IMG/VR virus record: IMGVR_UViG_3300030329_004481
Source of the DNA: a virus
DNA: 64,000 nucleotides
Direction: 5' to 3' (one strand)
Positions within the stretch are counted from its first letter, which is position 1; each line of letters starts with the position of its first letter. The notes under the pieces are model-generated. The model was not told the origin of the DNA, did not search any database, and worked only from the letters and a program-made list of their open reading frames with translations. This document shows, piece by piece, positions 19,414-29,125 of the stretch. The position numbers were made by a program, and so were the translations under genes.

Positions 19414-20504
19414 AACCATGGCATTTGTTTATATCTATGTGCTTTAAAACAACTGTTATGTTCACCAGTAATAAAATTATTTAGAGGCTCAGGATATTCT
19501 GCAAAATCTGGTATGACATACTCCCATACTGTTTCTTGAGTAATTCCATTTATTTCAAATAATCTACCAAAAGCACTTTCACATATAAACACGTTTCCAT
19601 TCCATAATTTTTGAACACTACCCATGTATGGAGAAAAGAAAGAAGGTGGCATGTCATCCATATATGACCATACTAATTTTTTAGTTTCTAAATCATATTC
19701 TACAATTCTAGAATGATGAATAGAAGATGGTCTAATATTTCCATTATCAAAACACATCAAACCTTTGTCTGTTATGGTAGGACAATGTTGTTGTGCAACT
19801 AATGGATATTTCAATTCCCATACTACTTTTTTTGTAGTTTTATCAACTGCAATAATTCCTGATGTTGTTCTTAAACTTAGATAAATTAAATTTCCATGTT
19901 GATGAACTCCATTGATCATTGGCCAATGAAGTCTTTCTTTATAATTGTCACTATTAAAACATTCATGTATTGGATAATCTTCTATTGATAAATGTTCCCA
20001 CGCATTCCATTCCCAAACAACTTCACCATCTCTATTTACTTCTCGAATAGTATCAGAAAAAGGTCTTTGTTGAAATTCTAATGGTACTTTAGAATTAAAA
20101 AGTCCTTTACCACTTTTTACTGGAATTGGTGATGCAACTGTATAAAGTATATTGCCATTGTCTAACCATTGTACATCGTGGTGATGATACGAATCTTCAT
20201 GATCCCAAATAACATCTCCGCTTGGTGTAACTTCCATAAACCATCCACCATGCCAAAGTTCAAATGCAGGATATAAATCGGGAAATGCTTTCATACATCC
20301 AGAATAACCCAAATTACCATTTGGTAATATAACCGCATCTCTGCCTGGTCTTGTTGGAAGATTCCATTCATGAACTACTTGACCCATTATGTTAAGTAAT
20401 ACAACCTTACCATTTCCAGTTTGTGGTGCGTATAAAGTATAACCTCCTGCGGACTCAGGTTCATTTAAAGTTAATCCTAATTTTCTTCTTTTTAATGTTG
20501 TCAT
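19410..20504 (-). CDS. Arylsulfotransferase (ASST)-like beta-propeller protein
   Basis: GYTL, VVHEW, HHD, INGV, QQH, FDNG, SRIVEYD, GSVQKLWNGNVFICES; no signal peptide. Confidence 0.8.
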   Translation of the reverse strand: MTTLKRRKLGLTLNEPESAGGYTLYAPQTGNGKVVLLNIMGQVVHEWNLPTRPGRDAVILPNGNLGYSGCMKAFPDLYPAFELWHGGWFMEVTPSGDVIWDHEDSYHHHDVQWLDNGNILYTVASPIPVKSGKGLFNSKVPLEFQQRPFSDTIREVNRDGEVVWEWNAWEHLSIEDYPIHECFNSDNYKERLHWPMINGVHQHGNLIYLSLRTTSGIIAVDKTTKKVVWELKYPLVAQQHCPTITDKGLMCFDNGNIRPSSIHHSRIVEYDLETKKLVWSYMDDMPPSFFSPYMGSVQKLWNGNVFICESAFGRLFEINGITQETVWEYVIPDFAEYPEPLNNFITGEHNSCFKAHRYKQMPWL

Positions 20505-21262
20505 GCTATTTCACTTTCATGCCATTTCCTTAAAAGAAAATGACCCAATGTTGTAACTGTCATAAAAAATGTAAAACCCATGATTGTTGCTGATGCAATA
20601 AGAGCCATTACTAATGCAGTTTCCATTTCAGCTTGAGCATAAATTATCTGAACACCCAATCCACCATCTTCACTACCTGACCCAATTATAAACTCTCCTA
20701 CAATTGCACCAATTACAGAAAGTCCTGCTGATATTCGTAATCCCGCTATAATGTTTGGTATTGCTGCGGGTAATCTTAATTTATAGAATGCTACTAATCT
20801 TGACTTATTATGTAATTGAAATAGTTCTACTAAATTTATAGATGTCGACTTTAAACCTAATAGAGTATTATTAATAATAGGAAAAAGTGATATAATAAAA
20901 CTAACAATAATTACTGACTTCATTTCAAAACCAAACCATAATACTATTAACGGTGCAACTGCAACAACCGGTACTGTTTGTAAAAGAATAGCATATGGAT
21001 AAAAACTACGTTCTAGTATTTTAGACTGACTCATAATTGCTGCAACTGATATACCAATAATTATTGCAGACAAATATCCTGTTAATGCTTCTTGTATTGT
21101 TAAACTTGCACCAATTAAAACTATTTCAATGTCATTAACAAATGCTTCTGCTACTGCCATTGGTCCAGGTAACATAAATGGTAAATTATAAACTTGTGCT
21201 GCTACAGACCAAATGAATAAAAATAAAATTAAAACCAGTATAGGCGGTATTATATTTTTCAT
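20501..21262 (-). CDS. ABC transporter permease, NitT/TauT (SsuC/TauC) family
   Basis: Multiple TM segments, LQTVPVVAVAPL, KLRLPAAIP, GAIVGEF, GLG; start at MKNIIPP. Confidence 0.92.
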   Translation of the reverse strand: MKNIIPPILVLILFLFIWSVAAQVYNLPFMLPGPMAVAEAFVNDIEIVLIGASLTIQEALTGYLSAIIIGISVAAIMSQSKILERSFYPYAILLQTVPVVAVAPLIVLWFGFEMKSVIIVSFIISLFPIINNTLLGLKSTSINLVELFQLHNKSRLVAFYKLRLPAAIPNIIAGLRISAGLSVIGAIVGEFIIGSGSEDGGLGVQIIYAQAEMETALVMALIASATIMGFTFFMTVTTLGHFLLRKWHESEIA

Positions 21263-21618
21263 TGAACTCCACCAATAAAGACTTGAAAGTTTGATCCAAA
21301 AGAAATCACACAAGTTGATTTATATGATGGATGATACTCTATTATTGTATATGTTCCTGTTGCTGCATTAACATACATATCCATTCTTAATCCAACAGGA
21401 TTTTTTGCTAATCCAGTTTCACTTCTTATCTTTGTATGTTGTGTTGCTTTAAATATTAATTCTTCTTCTTTAGCATTAATTGCTATAAATGTTTCTTCTG
21501 GTGTACCACACATTATTGGTTTGTCATTCCACTCACCGGCTTGCGTAGTAGTATATAATGCCATACATAATAATAAATGCACAGCCATAAACAATGATTG
21601 TAACCATTTTATTTCCAT
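21259..21618 (-). CDS. Hypothetical exported protein inserted in ABC operon
   Basis: Hydrophobic N-terminus ending TQA, KPIMCG, second Cys near C-terminus. Confidence 0.7.
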   Translation of the reverse strand: MEIKWLQSLFMAVHLLLCMALYTTTQAGEWNDKPIMCGTPEETFIAINAKEEELIFKATQHTKIRSETGLAKNPVGLRMDMYVNAATGTYTIIEYHPSYKSTCVISFGSNFQVFIGGVQ

Positions 21619-22322
21619 GTTCTTAATTTTCCTGATATTTCATTCACTAGTTTAGTGAATTGTGATTTGGATCTTAACTTATGATCTCTTTTTTTAAATG
21701 GAATTTCAATTATATCAGTAACCTTTCCAGGTCTAGGAGACATGACAAAAACTCTATTAGATAAGTAAACTGCTTCTGCTACATTGTGAGTAACAAGTAT
21801 AGCAGTAAATTTATCTTTATTCCATAGTGAATGTAATTCTTCTTGTAAGACTTCCCTAGTCAATTCATCAACTGCAGACAAAGGTTCATCTAGTAATATA
21901 TATTCTGGATTTAAAACTAAAGATCTAGCTAATGACAATCTCATTTTCATGCCACCAGATAGTTGATGAGGATAACTTTTTTCAAATCCAGTTAATCCAA
22001 CTTTGTTTAAAACTGAACTTGCTTTATCTTCACGTTCTGACTTATTAACTTTTTCCAACTCCATCAATAACTCAACATTTCCTTGAACTGTTCTCCAAGG
22101 TAACAATGCTGAATCTTGAAAAACAAAAGCACCTTTACCTTCTTTTAAAGTGCTTCCAGTTGTAGGTTTAATCAGTCCAGCAATGATTCTCAATAAAGTA
22201 GACTTGCCACAGCCTGATGGTCCAACAATTGTAATGAACTCGCCTGTGGCAATATCTAAATCATTATTATCAAGTGCGTGAACTTCATCAAATTTCTTTG
22301 TGATGTTCGTTACACGTATCAT
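21609..22322 (-). CDS. ABC transporter ATP-binding subunit, NitT/TauT family
   Basis: GPSGCGKS, FVFQ..ALLPWRTV, LSGGM, ILLDEP, VTH, MSPRPG. Confidence 0.96.
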   Translation of the reverse strand: MIRVTNITKKFDEVHALDNNDLDIATGEFITIVGPSGCGKSTLLRIIAGLIKPTTGSTLKEGKGAFVFQDSALLPWRTVQGNVELLMELEKVNKSEREDKASSVLNKVGLTGFEKSYPHQLSGGMKMRLSLARSLVLNPEYILLDEPLSAVDELTREVLQEELHSLWNKDKFTAILVTHNVAEAVYLSNRVFVMSPRPGKVTDIIEIPFKKRDHKLRSKSQFTKLVNEISGKLRTWK

Positions 22323-22325
22323 GAT

Positions 22326-23261
22326 CTATTTGAAACAACCCTTCTTAAAGGATGTGTCATAAGATGAATGAGGATCAAAACTAGCAGGAAGTACATTCAC
22401 TTCTTTCATTTGATTTGCTAATTCAACCCAACGATTAGGATCTTGACATCCAATCTTACTCCAATCCTTTGGTAAGAAATCACGCTTCATAAGTTCAAGT
22501 GCATTATTATGAATTTCAGCATTTACTTTCTTACTCTTAGATAGAATAAAATCTCTTGTTGGTTTTGGATCAATCAAAGATTTAGGAAATGAAATACTTA
22601 ACCTGTCAACTACTGCTTGAACTAATTCAGGATTTTCTTTAATTAGTTTATCAGTTGTAAACAATACACTATAAGGTCTGTATCCCAATTCCTCAATAGT
22701 AATTTGTTCAGTTGCTACACCTTTTGCTGCCAATCTAGCAGGAAGAAAAAGTGAATACCCTTGCTGAAATTGTTGTGGTGTTCTTGCAAACAATCCCAAG
22801 TCTCCTGTCAATGGAAACTCTTTAACTGCATTCAATTGATACTTTTGCTTAACCCACTTCCAATAGGTGACACCCATCTTGACCGCAAATGGCCTACCAT
22901 CCAAATCTTTTACTGACTTAACACCAGTATTAGGATGATATACTAAAGTATAAGGAACATGATTGAGACTTACAAAAATACCTTTAAGTCCTGCTCCCTT
23001 TGCATTGGCCGTCATTACACTATCAGATGCTTGAAGTCCAAACTCAACTTGACCAGATGCTACCATTTGAGTAGTATTTACTTTTGGTCCACCAGATTTA
23101 ACTTTGATTGTTACATCATCATGATATTGATTATCAAACTCTGCTTGCCAATATCCACTTTGATTTCCTTGTGGAAACCAATCCATCAACAATGTTACTT
23201 CTTTTGCGAAAGCACTTGTTGTGAATACAAGTGCCACTAAACTAATTAGAATTTTTTTCAT
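22326..23261 (-). CDS. ABC substrate-binding protein, NMT1/THI5-like
   Basis: Signal peptide ending AFA; VTLLMDWFPQGNQSGYWQA, SGGP, SVKDLDG. Confidence 0.85.
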   Translation of the reverse strand: MKKILISLVALVFTTSAFAKEVTLLMDWFPQGNQSGYWQAEFDNQYHDDVTIKVKSGGPKVNTTQMVASGQVEFGLQASDSVMTANAKGAGLKGIFVSLNHVPYTLVYHPNTGVKSVKDLDGRPFAVKMGVTYWKWVKQKYQLNAVKEFPLTGDLGLFARTPQQFQQGYSLFLPARLAAKGVATEQITIEELGYRPYSVLFTTDKLIKENPELVQAVVDRLSISFPKSLIDPKPTRDFILSKSKKVNAEIHNNALELMKRDFLPKDWSKIGCQDPNRWVELANQMKEVNVLPASFDPHSSYDTSFKKGCFK

Positions 23262-23273
23262 ATTATCCTTTCA

Positions 23274-24332
23274 TTATTTAACTGGAAATTTAGAAGTCAC
23301 GCCCTTAACAAAAAACTGCATTGTTTCCAATTCAGGTCTTGCAAGAACGCCTGCTTTAATTTTGGAACCATCCTGTTTGGTGACTCCTTGATCAAATGGA
23401 TAGTATGTACCCATCTTGTCGTTGATCCAATCCATTTTGATTGTCTCAACTTTGTTTACAACTTCGCCAGGCACGTTCTTACCCCAAGGAGAAAGACCTA
23501 CACAATTCTTTTCTATTCCCCATGCCCATCGTTGGCCCATCTTTAGTTTGCCCTCTGCAAGTTGATCTACAATATGTTTATAAAGTAAATTCCAGTTGAA
23601 CATCATACCTGTGATGTAACTATTAGGGCCAAATTGTCCCATAGGTGCATCATTACCCATACTCCAAACACCATCTAATTTTTCTGCCAATGTAACTACA
23701 GATGGTGAATCCGTAGTGGTAAACAAAATGTCATTACCTTGTTCTGCAAGAACTTTTGCCGCATCCATATCTTTAGGTGGATCAAACCATGAATTAATCC
23801 ATACAATCTCAACTTCAATATCAGGATTTACAGATTGAGCACCAATAGTTAATGCGTTGATGTTACGAATAATTTCTGGAATTGGGTGAGAACCAACAAC
23901 TCCAATCTTATTCGTTTTAGTCATCATACCTGCAGCAATACCTGAAAGGTATCTTGCTTGAAATGAGTGACAAACATAATTGTCCATGTTTGTATCATTG
24001 CCTTTATAACCTGTGGCATGCATGAAGATTGTCTTCTTGTTCTTTGCAGATGCACGAACCATAGGTTCCATGTAACCAAATGATGTTGCAAAAACAATAT
24101 CATGTTTTCTTGCAAGTTTTTTGAAAACTCTTTCACTATCTGCTTCAGGCACAGACTCTACACCTTCAACTGCATATCCATGTTTTGTGAGAGATTTGAA
24201 TCCATCTGAATGTCTCATTGACCAACCACCATCGTTTGATGGTCCCACCAGAACATAACCAACACTAATATCTTTTGCTACCAAACTAAAAGCAAAAGTA
24301 AGAGTAACTAAACTAAGAATTAATTTTTTCAT
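23274..24332 (-). CDS. BMP/PnrA-family purine nucleobase/nucleoside-binding protein
   Basis: Signal peptide without lipobox Cys; VGPSNDGGW, ESVPE, FATSFGYM, HATGY, IPEIIRNINA, SWFDP. Confidence 0.9.
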   Translation of the reverse strand: MKKLILSLVTLTFAFSLVAKDISVGYVLVGPSNDGGWSMRHSDGFKSLTKHGYAVEGVESVPEADSERVFKKLARKHDIVFATSFGYMEPMVRASAKNKKTIFMHATGYKGNDTNMDNYVCHSFQARYLSGIAAGMMTKTNKIGVVGSHPIPEIIRNINALTIGAQSVNPDIEVEIVWINSWFDPPKDMDAAKVLAEQGNDILFTTTDSPSVVTLAEKLDGVWSMGNDAPMGQFGPNSYITGMMFNWNLLYKHIVDQLAEGKLKMGQRWAWGIEKNCVGLSPWGKNVPGEVVNKVETIKMDWINDKMGTYYPFDQGVTKQDGSKIKAGVLARPELETMQFFVKGVTSKFPVK

Positions 24333-24360
24333 TTGTCTCCTTCCGAGAATAATAAATCAA

Positions 24361-24384
24361 ACGGTGAGTCTTCCAACTCACCGC
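24361..24384 (-). promoter_or_regulatory. GNRA-capped hairpin upstream of BMP gene (weak terminator or mRNA stabiliser)
   Basis: GCGGTGAGTT-GGAA-GACTCACCGT followed by TTGATTTATT. Confidence 0.6.
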
Positions 24385-24406
24385 ATTAAATAACTATATA
24401 GGTTTT

Positions 24407-24628
24407 TTATTTCTGTGAATAAATCCCCCATAATACCCAAACAGCAACTAAACCTACGAGTCCTTCGCTTCCAAGTTGCTTAACAATACCTACAACAGAA
24501 CCCACAACATCTATTCCTAAGAATGGTACTGCGGCACCGAATAGGATTTGAAGCACTACTCCAAGTGCAATAAGTGCTAGGCCGATTTCTGTAATGGATC
24601 GAATCCATCCAAGAACTTTATCTATCAT
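24407..24628 (-). CDS. Small membrane protein
   Basis: 73 aa, very hydrophobic, Gly-rich; AAGGAG RBS. Confidence 0.8.
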   Translation of the reverse strand: MIDKVLGWIRSITEIGLALIALGVVLQILFGAAVPFLGIDVVGSVVGIVKQLGSEGLVGLVAVWVLWGIYSQK

Positions 24629-24649
24629 TTTTGTCTCCTTATTTAAAAA

Positions 24650-25123
24650 TTAAACGGGTGCGTTCCACCATTGTTCCCATGGAAAATGAATCCATAGATC
24701 TTCGGTATCTTTCGCAACCTCTTTGACATAATATGTTGGTTCAAAATCACATTCATTGTTCCACCAAAGGCTCGCAAACCTTACATCCACTGGCAATTCC
24801 AATGGAGAATTTTTACGTGGACCTTTAATCCAACCCTGCATTTTTGCAAATGTTTTTCCTGAATCACATATATCATCAACAATTAAAACCCTTTCATCAG
24901 TAGGTTTTGGCAAATAGTCTTCCCATTCTGGAAAGTCTCTTAATGACGATTTAACAGGTTTAAACGGTTTTTTAAACCAATGAGATAACATAACTCCAGG
25001 AGTCAAACCACCCCTAGATAAACCAACGATCACATTGGGATTAAAATTGTCTAAAACAATATCCCTAGCGAGAACATTAACGTCTCGACGCATTTCTTCC
25101 CAACTATACCATAACTTCTTCAT
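24650..25123 (-). CDS. Purine phosphoribosyltransferase (xanthine-guanine PRT-like)
   Basis: YSWEE, VGLSRGGLTPG, VLIVDDICDSGKT, WIHFPWE. Confidence 0.88.
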   Translation of the reverse strand: MKKLWYSWEEMRRDVNVLARDIVLDNFNPNVIVGLSRGGLTPGVMLSHWFKKPFKPVKSSLRDFPEWEDYLPKPTDERVLIVDDICDSGKTFAKMQGWIKGPRKNSPLELPVDVRFASLWWNNECDFEPTYYVKEVAKDTEDLWIHFPWEQWWNAPV

Positions 25124-26162
25124 CGGTTACCTCACTTTCTTCAATTAAGTGACTACCATCTCCATATGAGAATTCTTTTTCACAAGCCTTATCAATTTTA
25201 TTTAATAAATCTTCTGTGAAAAATCTTTCCGGATCTTTATAGATCTCTTTTCCATAAAACATTTTACCATCTATCTCAAACCTATTTGCAACTTTTTTAA
25301 TAATATCATACTTAGTTGCAATATCGAGTAGTCCATAGTATTTATCTAATCCCTTTTCATAGGTTAATAAAGTATCAACCATTCTATTCTCAATTGTAAA
25401 TCTAGATTTATAAGTTTTACAATGAATTATATTACCAATAACTTCTGTTCCAACCTTTTCTTTTTTCTTTCCAAGAAAAATAATTGATGAAGCTAAATAT
25501 TTTAGACCTTTACCACCTGCTATTTCTTTTGTTGCATACATTGATCCAACTGCATCATAGGTATGTTGTGTAATCACAAGTGGAACTTCAGCCTCTCCAC
25601 ATTTAAATGTCATTATTTTTAATGCCGCCTTGAGCAATTTTGAATCTTGCATATTTGCTACATGATGTCCCTCAAGTGTATTTTCCATTTGCTTTTTTGC
25701 AACTAATCCACCCATAGAATCCAAAACACATAGTAATGGTTTTTTATCTTTATCTTTTTTATACTCATCTAAGATCTGAGCCATTTGTGTTCCCCATTCT
25801 TCAATTATACCAATGGGTAAAAATATCATTCTATCTGTTGGGATTCCTCTATCTGTTAACATTTTCTGTGTTATTGCTAACTCTGTATCACAATATATTA
25901 CATTTCCTTCTGGGTTAGCATCAAGAAAATTCTTACACATACTAAGTGCAAAAAATGTTTTGCCTGTTGCACTTTCACCAGCAAAACAAGTTACTTTGTT
26001 TCCAGGAAGACCTTTAAAAATACTACCTGAAAGTATTGCATTAACAATATAAGATCCTGTATCAACCCAATATGGAACATCAGCACTTTCAAGTCCTTCA
26101 GAAGCAAGAGATACAAGAGGATTCTTTGTAATATTTTTTACCGTATCAAAAAAAGTATTCAT
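25104..26162 (-). CDS. uvsX: RecA-like recombinase UvsX
   Basis: DTGSY..NAILSG, AGESATGKT, VLDSMG, GGKGLKYLAS, KSRFT, GLDKYYGL. Confidence 0.93.
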   Translation of the reverse strand: MNTFFDTVKNITKNPLVSLASEGLESADVPYWVDTGSYIVNAILSGSIFKGLPGNKVTCFAGESATGKTFFALSMCKNFLDANPEGNVIYCDTELAITQKMLTDRGIPTDRMIFLPIGIIEEWGTQMAQILDEYKKDKDKKPLLCVLDSMGGLVAKKQMENTLEGHHVANMQDSKLLKAALKIMTFKCGEAEVPLVITQHTYDAVGSMYATKEIAGGKGLKYLASSIIFLGKKKEKVGTEVIGNIIHCKTYKSRFTIENRMVDTLLTYEKGLDKYYGLLDIATKYDIIKKVANRFEIDGKMFYGKEIYKDPERFFTEDLLNKIDKACEKEFSYGDGSHLIEESEVTDEEVMV

Positions 26163-26422
26163 TTATTTTCTCCTTTCGGTTGTCTTGGTTTGCGGGGTTT
26201 TCTAGGTTTTTTATTTTGATTTGTTTTAGGTGAGTCTGGTTGTTTTTTTGCTCTTGGTTTGCGGGGTTTCTTTGGTTTCTTTTTCTCAACTATCTTTTCA
26301 TAACCTTCATCAGTAGTTGTTGGTTCTTTTTCTTCTGGTTCATGATTAGGCATATTCTTCACTTCTTCAAGTGGAACAACCTTTCCACCAAACCATGACA
26401 TAATCTTTTCAATGATACTCAT
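26159..26422 (-). CDS. Small protein with Lys/Arg/Pro-rich tail
   Basis: Duplicated KKPRKPR motif. Confidence 0.7.
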   Translation of the reverse strand: MSIIEKIMSWFGGKVVPLEEVKNMPNHEPEEKEPTTTDEGYEKIVEKKKPKKPRKPRAKKQPDSPKTNQNKKPRKPRKPRQPKGENK

Positions 26423-26431
26423 TTATTCCTT

Positions 26432-28951
26432 TCATCCAAAAAATGATTCTAATGTTGCTTTTCTTTCTGTCTCCCAACCAATGGTATCTAAAATAATTTT
26501 AAGTGGATCTAAAAATGATTTTGTAAACTGCAAATCATAATCAATATATTTTTCCAATTGAAATTCTTTAGGGAATGTATTTAACATTGCGATAACATTA
26601 TCAGTAGTGGGATTTGGAGTTTTCAAATAAGTGTATTTTATTTTTTCTCCTTCTTGAATTGATTGATATTTACTATTCAATTTATGTTTGCGAATCATAT
26701 CATTGTATATGATTGCTCCACGAATATGAAGTGGCGTCCCTTTTTTGTAAAGCTGGTTTGGATCATAATACTTATTGACCCCTTGTACAGATCTAGGAAA
26801 AGAAACATCTTCAATAGGAAGACTTTTAAATGCTTGTTTAAATTCTTCAATGAAATCTAACATTGCAGATTCATCTTGATTCATGATAATATCAATTGCT
26901 TCTCTCAACTTCTCACGACACGCAGAAGGTGTAGAAGATTTAACTGCTTCAATGCCCATCATTTTAATTTTGGGAGTTTTATATCTAACACCCTCATTAT
27001 CATAGACATTTAACATATATCTTTTCTTCGCAGTCCAGATACCTTTGTCTGATAATCCTTCACGCTTCATGAACATTTTTTGTTCATAAGCATTCATGTA
27101 ATTAAAAAGATTCTCAAAAGAATTATTTATAACATCTTGAAGTTTTCCATCACAAACTTTATCTAGAAAGTCAATGACTTTTTCTTTATCAGAAGTATCA
27201 CCAAAAACATTATTAACTAATTTATCAAGAACAACATATATAGAATCTGTATCACTAGCAATAACATAATCAACACCTTCTGTTTTCAACAACTTATTTA
27301 AAAAGTTGTTAACATCTCTTTCAACCCACTGGATTGAAAGTTGACCTGCTTTGGTAACTGCTTCAGCTTGTCTAACATCATAGAATCTGAAATATTGATT
27401 ACCTAAAGCGCCATAAGCAGAATTAAGAGAAACTTTCTTAGCCATCTGCAAATTTTTAAACTTGTCAATTCTATTTGATATTTCCTTTGTTTTGTTTATC
27501 TCATATTCCTTCTGTGCTTCAATCATTTGTTCTTTGTATTGAACACGATTATCATACATATTCTGCATCATCTCTGGAAGGAACCCATGAATTTCTCTCT
27601 TGAAAAATTGACCATTGGGAGTCATACAAAGATTATATTGTTTTAAAATAGAAGTATCAAGTTTTTGTTTTAGTAATGTTTCAACACTAATTTGATCCTT
27701 TAATATTTGAATATCATTTGGTAGTCTTTCCTCAATTAATGTTTCTGGTGAAATGTTATACTGCATAATTAAATGAGGATACAGACTATTCAAATCAAAA
27801 GAAACAACCCAATCATGTTTACCAACTTGAGGATTTTTGACATAGGCACCCGCATATGCGGAATCTTTAATATTTTTTTCCTTTTGTGGAATAACAATAT
27901 TATTCATTCTCAAATAATTAAAAGCAAGAATATCCCACATTCTCACTTGCTTAAAGACATCTTCAAAATTTGATTTAGCGTCATAAGAAAGAACAACAGC
28001 TTGCTCAACCAATCTTTTCTTATCTTCAATCTGCTCAACCAATTCCACGTCTTTAATATTGTAATCAATAAACTTCTGATAATCTAGTTTGTACAATTGA
28101 TGTAATGTTTCAAATTCAGAATAGTCTAACTTCTTTTCACCAAGTTCAACATGAGCAATATGATCTAGTCTATATGATTCTTGATTTGTGAATGTAAACT
28201 TTTTATAAAGATCAAGATAATCTAGAATTGCTATACCAGTTAAGTTGTAAGTTTGCATCCACTTACCACCCATACCAGCAACCTTTGATTCTCTAACATA
28301 ACTCCAAGGAGACAATTGCCTACAGAATTTTTCACCAAACAGATTTGTAATTCTATTAACAAGATATGGAATATCAAAAAACTTAACATTCCATCCAGTT
28401 ACAATGTCTGGTGATATTCTTTTCCAATGATCAACAAATGTATTGACCAAACCATCTTCTGTTTCACATTTAATATATCTAACATCTTCTCTTGTATTGT
28501 GATAATCACCACAACCAATTACAATAAAATCTTTACCGCATTTCATTGTAATAGCAGTTATTTGTTCTCTCGCTTCTTCTGGTTTAGGAAATCCAGATTC
28601 AGATCCAACCTCAATATCAATGTATAAAACTTTGATACTTTCAAAATCATAATCAACTGTTGCACCAGGATACTCATCAGAAAGATAACAATACATCCAA
28701 CTAGTGAAACCAAAGATTTCAAAGTTTTCTATAGTGTCATACTTTTGAATAAATTCTTTTGCATCTGCAATATTTCCAAAGTCCATTTTAGAAACATTGG
28801 CACCAGACAATGTTTTATATTTTGATTCTTCTTTTGATGGAACGAATAGGGAAGGAGAATATTCAATTCTGTTTTTGAAGGGAACTCCATCTTTGATACC
28901 TCGTTCTAAAACGAAGTTCCCATACTGAGAAACATTTGTGTAGAATTTCAT
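26432..28951 (-). CDS. gp43: Family B DNA polymerase (T4 gp43-like)
   Basis: DIE exo I, GWNVKFFD, SFDLNSLYP, KVSLNSAYG, SDTDS, KKRY; no intein. Confidence 0.98.
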   Translation of the reverse strand: MKFYTNVSQYGNFVLERGIKDGVPFKNRIEYSPSLFVPSKEESKYKTLSGANVSKMDFGNIADAKEFIQKYDTIENFEIFGFTSWMYCYLSDEYPGATVDYDFESIKVLYIDIEVGSESGFPKPEEAREQITAITMKCGKDFIVIGCGDYHNTREDVRYIKCETEDGLVNTFVDHWKRISPDIVTGWNVKFFDIPYLVNRITNLFGEKFCRQLSPWSYVRESKVAGMGGKWMQTYNLTGIAILDYLDLYKKFTFTNQESYRLDHIAHVELGEKKLDYSEFETLHQLYKLDYQKFIDYNIKDVELVEQIEDKKRLVEQAVVLSYDAKSNFEDVFKQVRMWDILAFNYLRMNNIVIPQKEKNIKDSAYAGAYVKNPQVGKHDWVVSFDLNSLYPHLIMQYNISPETLIEERLPNDIQILKDQISVETLLKQKLDTSILKQYNLCMTPNGQFFKREIHGFLPEMMQNMYDNRVQYKEQMIEAQKEYEINKTKEISNRIDKFKNLQMAKKVSLNSAYGALGNQYFRFYDVRQAEAVTKAGQLSIQWVERDVNNFLNKLLKTEGVDYVIASDTDSIYVVLDKLVNNVFGDTSDKEKVIDFLDKVCDGKLQDVINNSFENLFNYMNAYEQKMFMKREGLSDKGIWTAKKRYMLNVYDNEGVRYKTPKIKMMGIEAVKSSTPSACREKLREAIDIIMNQDESAMLDFIEEFKQAFKSLPIEDVSFPRSVQGVNKYYDPNQLYKKGTPLHIRGAIIYNDMIRKHKLNSKYQSIQEGEKIKYTYLKTPNPTTDNVIAMLNTFPKEFQLEKYIDYDLQFTKSFLDPLKIILDTIGWETERKATLESFFG

Positions 28952-29125
28952 TTAATAATGTGGATATTGTTTTGTGTCTATTCCTAACTTGTTTAATTTA
29001 TTATAACACGAAGTTATCTGTTTGTCAATCCAAGTTTTCTTAGATTGAAACATTCCTAATGCAAATAGAACTTGCAAGTAACATAATATAAAAAATCTAT
29101 TTAACGCCAACCAAACCTTTTTCAT
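28952..29125 (-). CDS. 57-aa single-TM protein overlapping the peptidase 3' end
   Basis: Read manually: MKKVWLALNRFFILCYLQVLFALGMFQSKKTWIDKQITSCYNKLNKLGIDTKQYPHY; stop abuts gp43 ATG. Confidence 0.55.
   Translation of the reverse strand: MKKVWLALNRFFILCYLQVLFALGMFQSKKTWIDKQITSCYNKLNKLGIDTKQYPHY
29000..29028 (-). promoter_or_regulatory. Sigma70-type promoter for gp43
   Basis: Perfect TTGACA-N17-TATAAT with extended TG. Confidence 0.85.

Noticed and set aside
24333-24406. Purine or TPP riboswitch upstream of the transporter genes
   Set aside because: Only a single hairpin in 74 nt; no aptamer consensus visible
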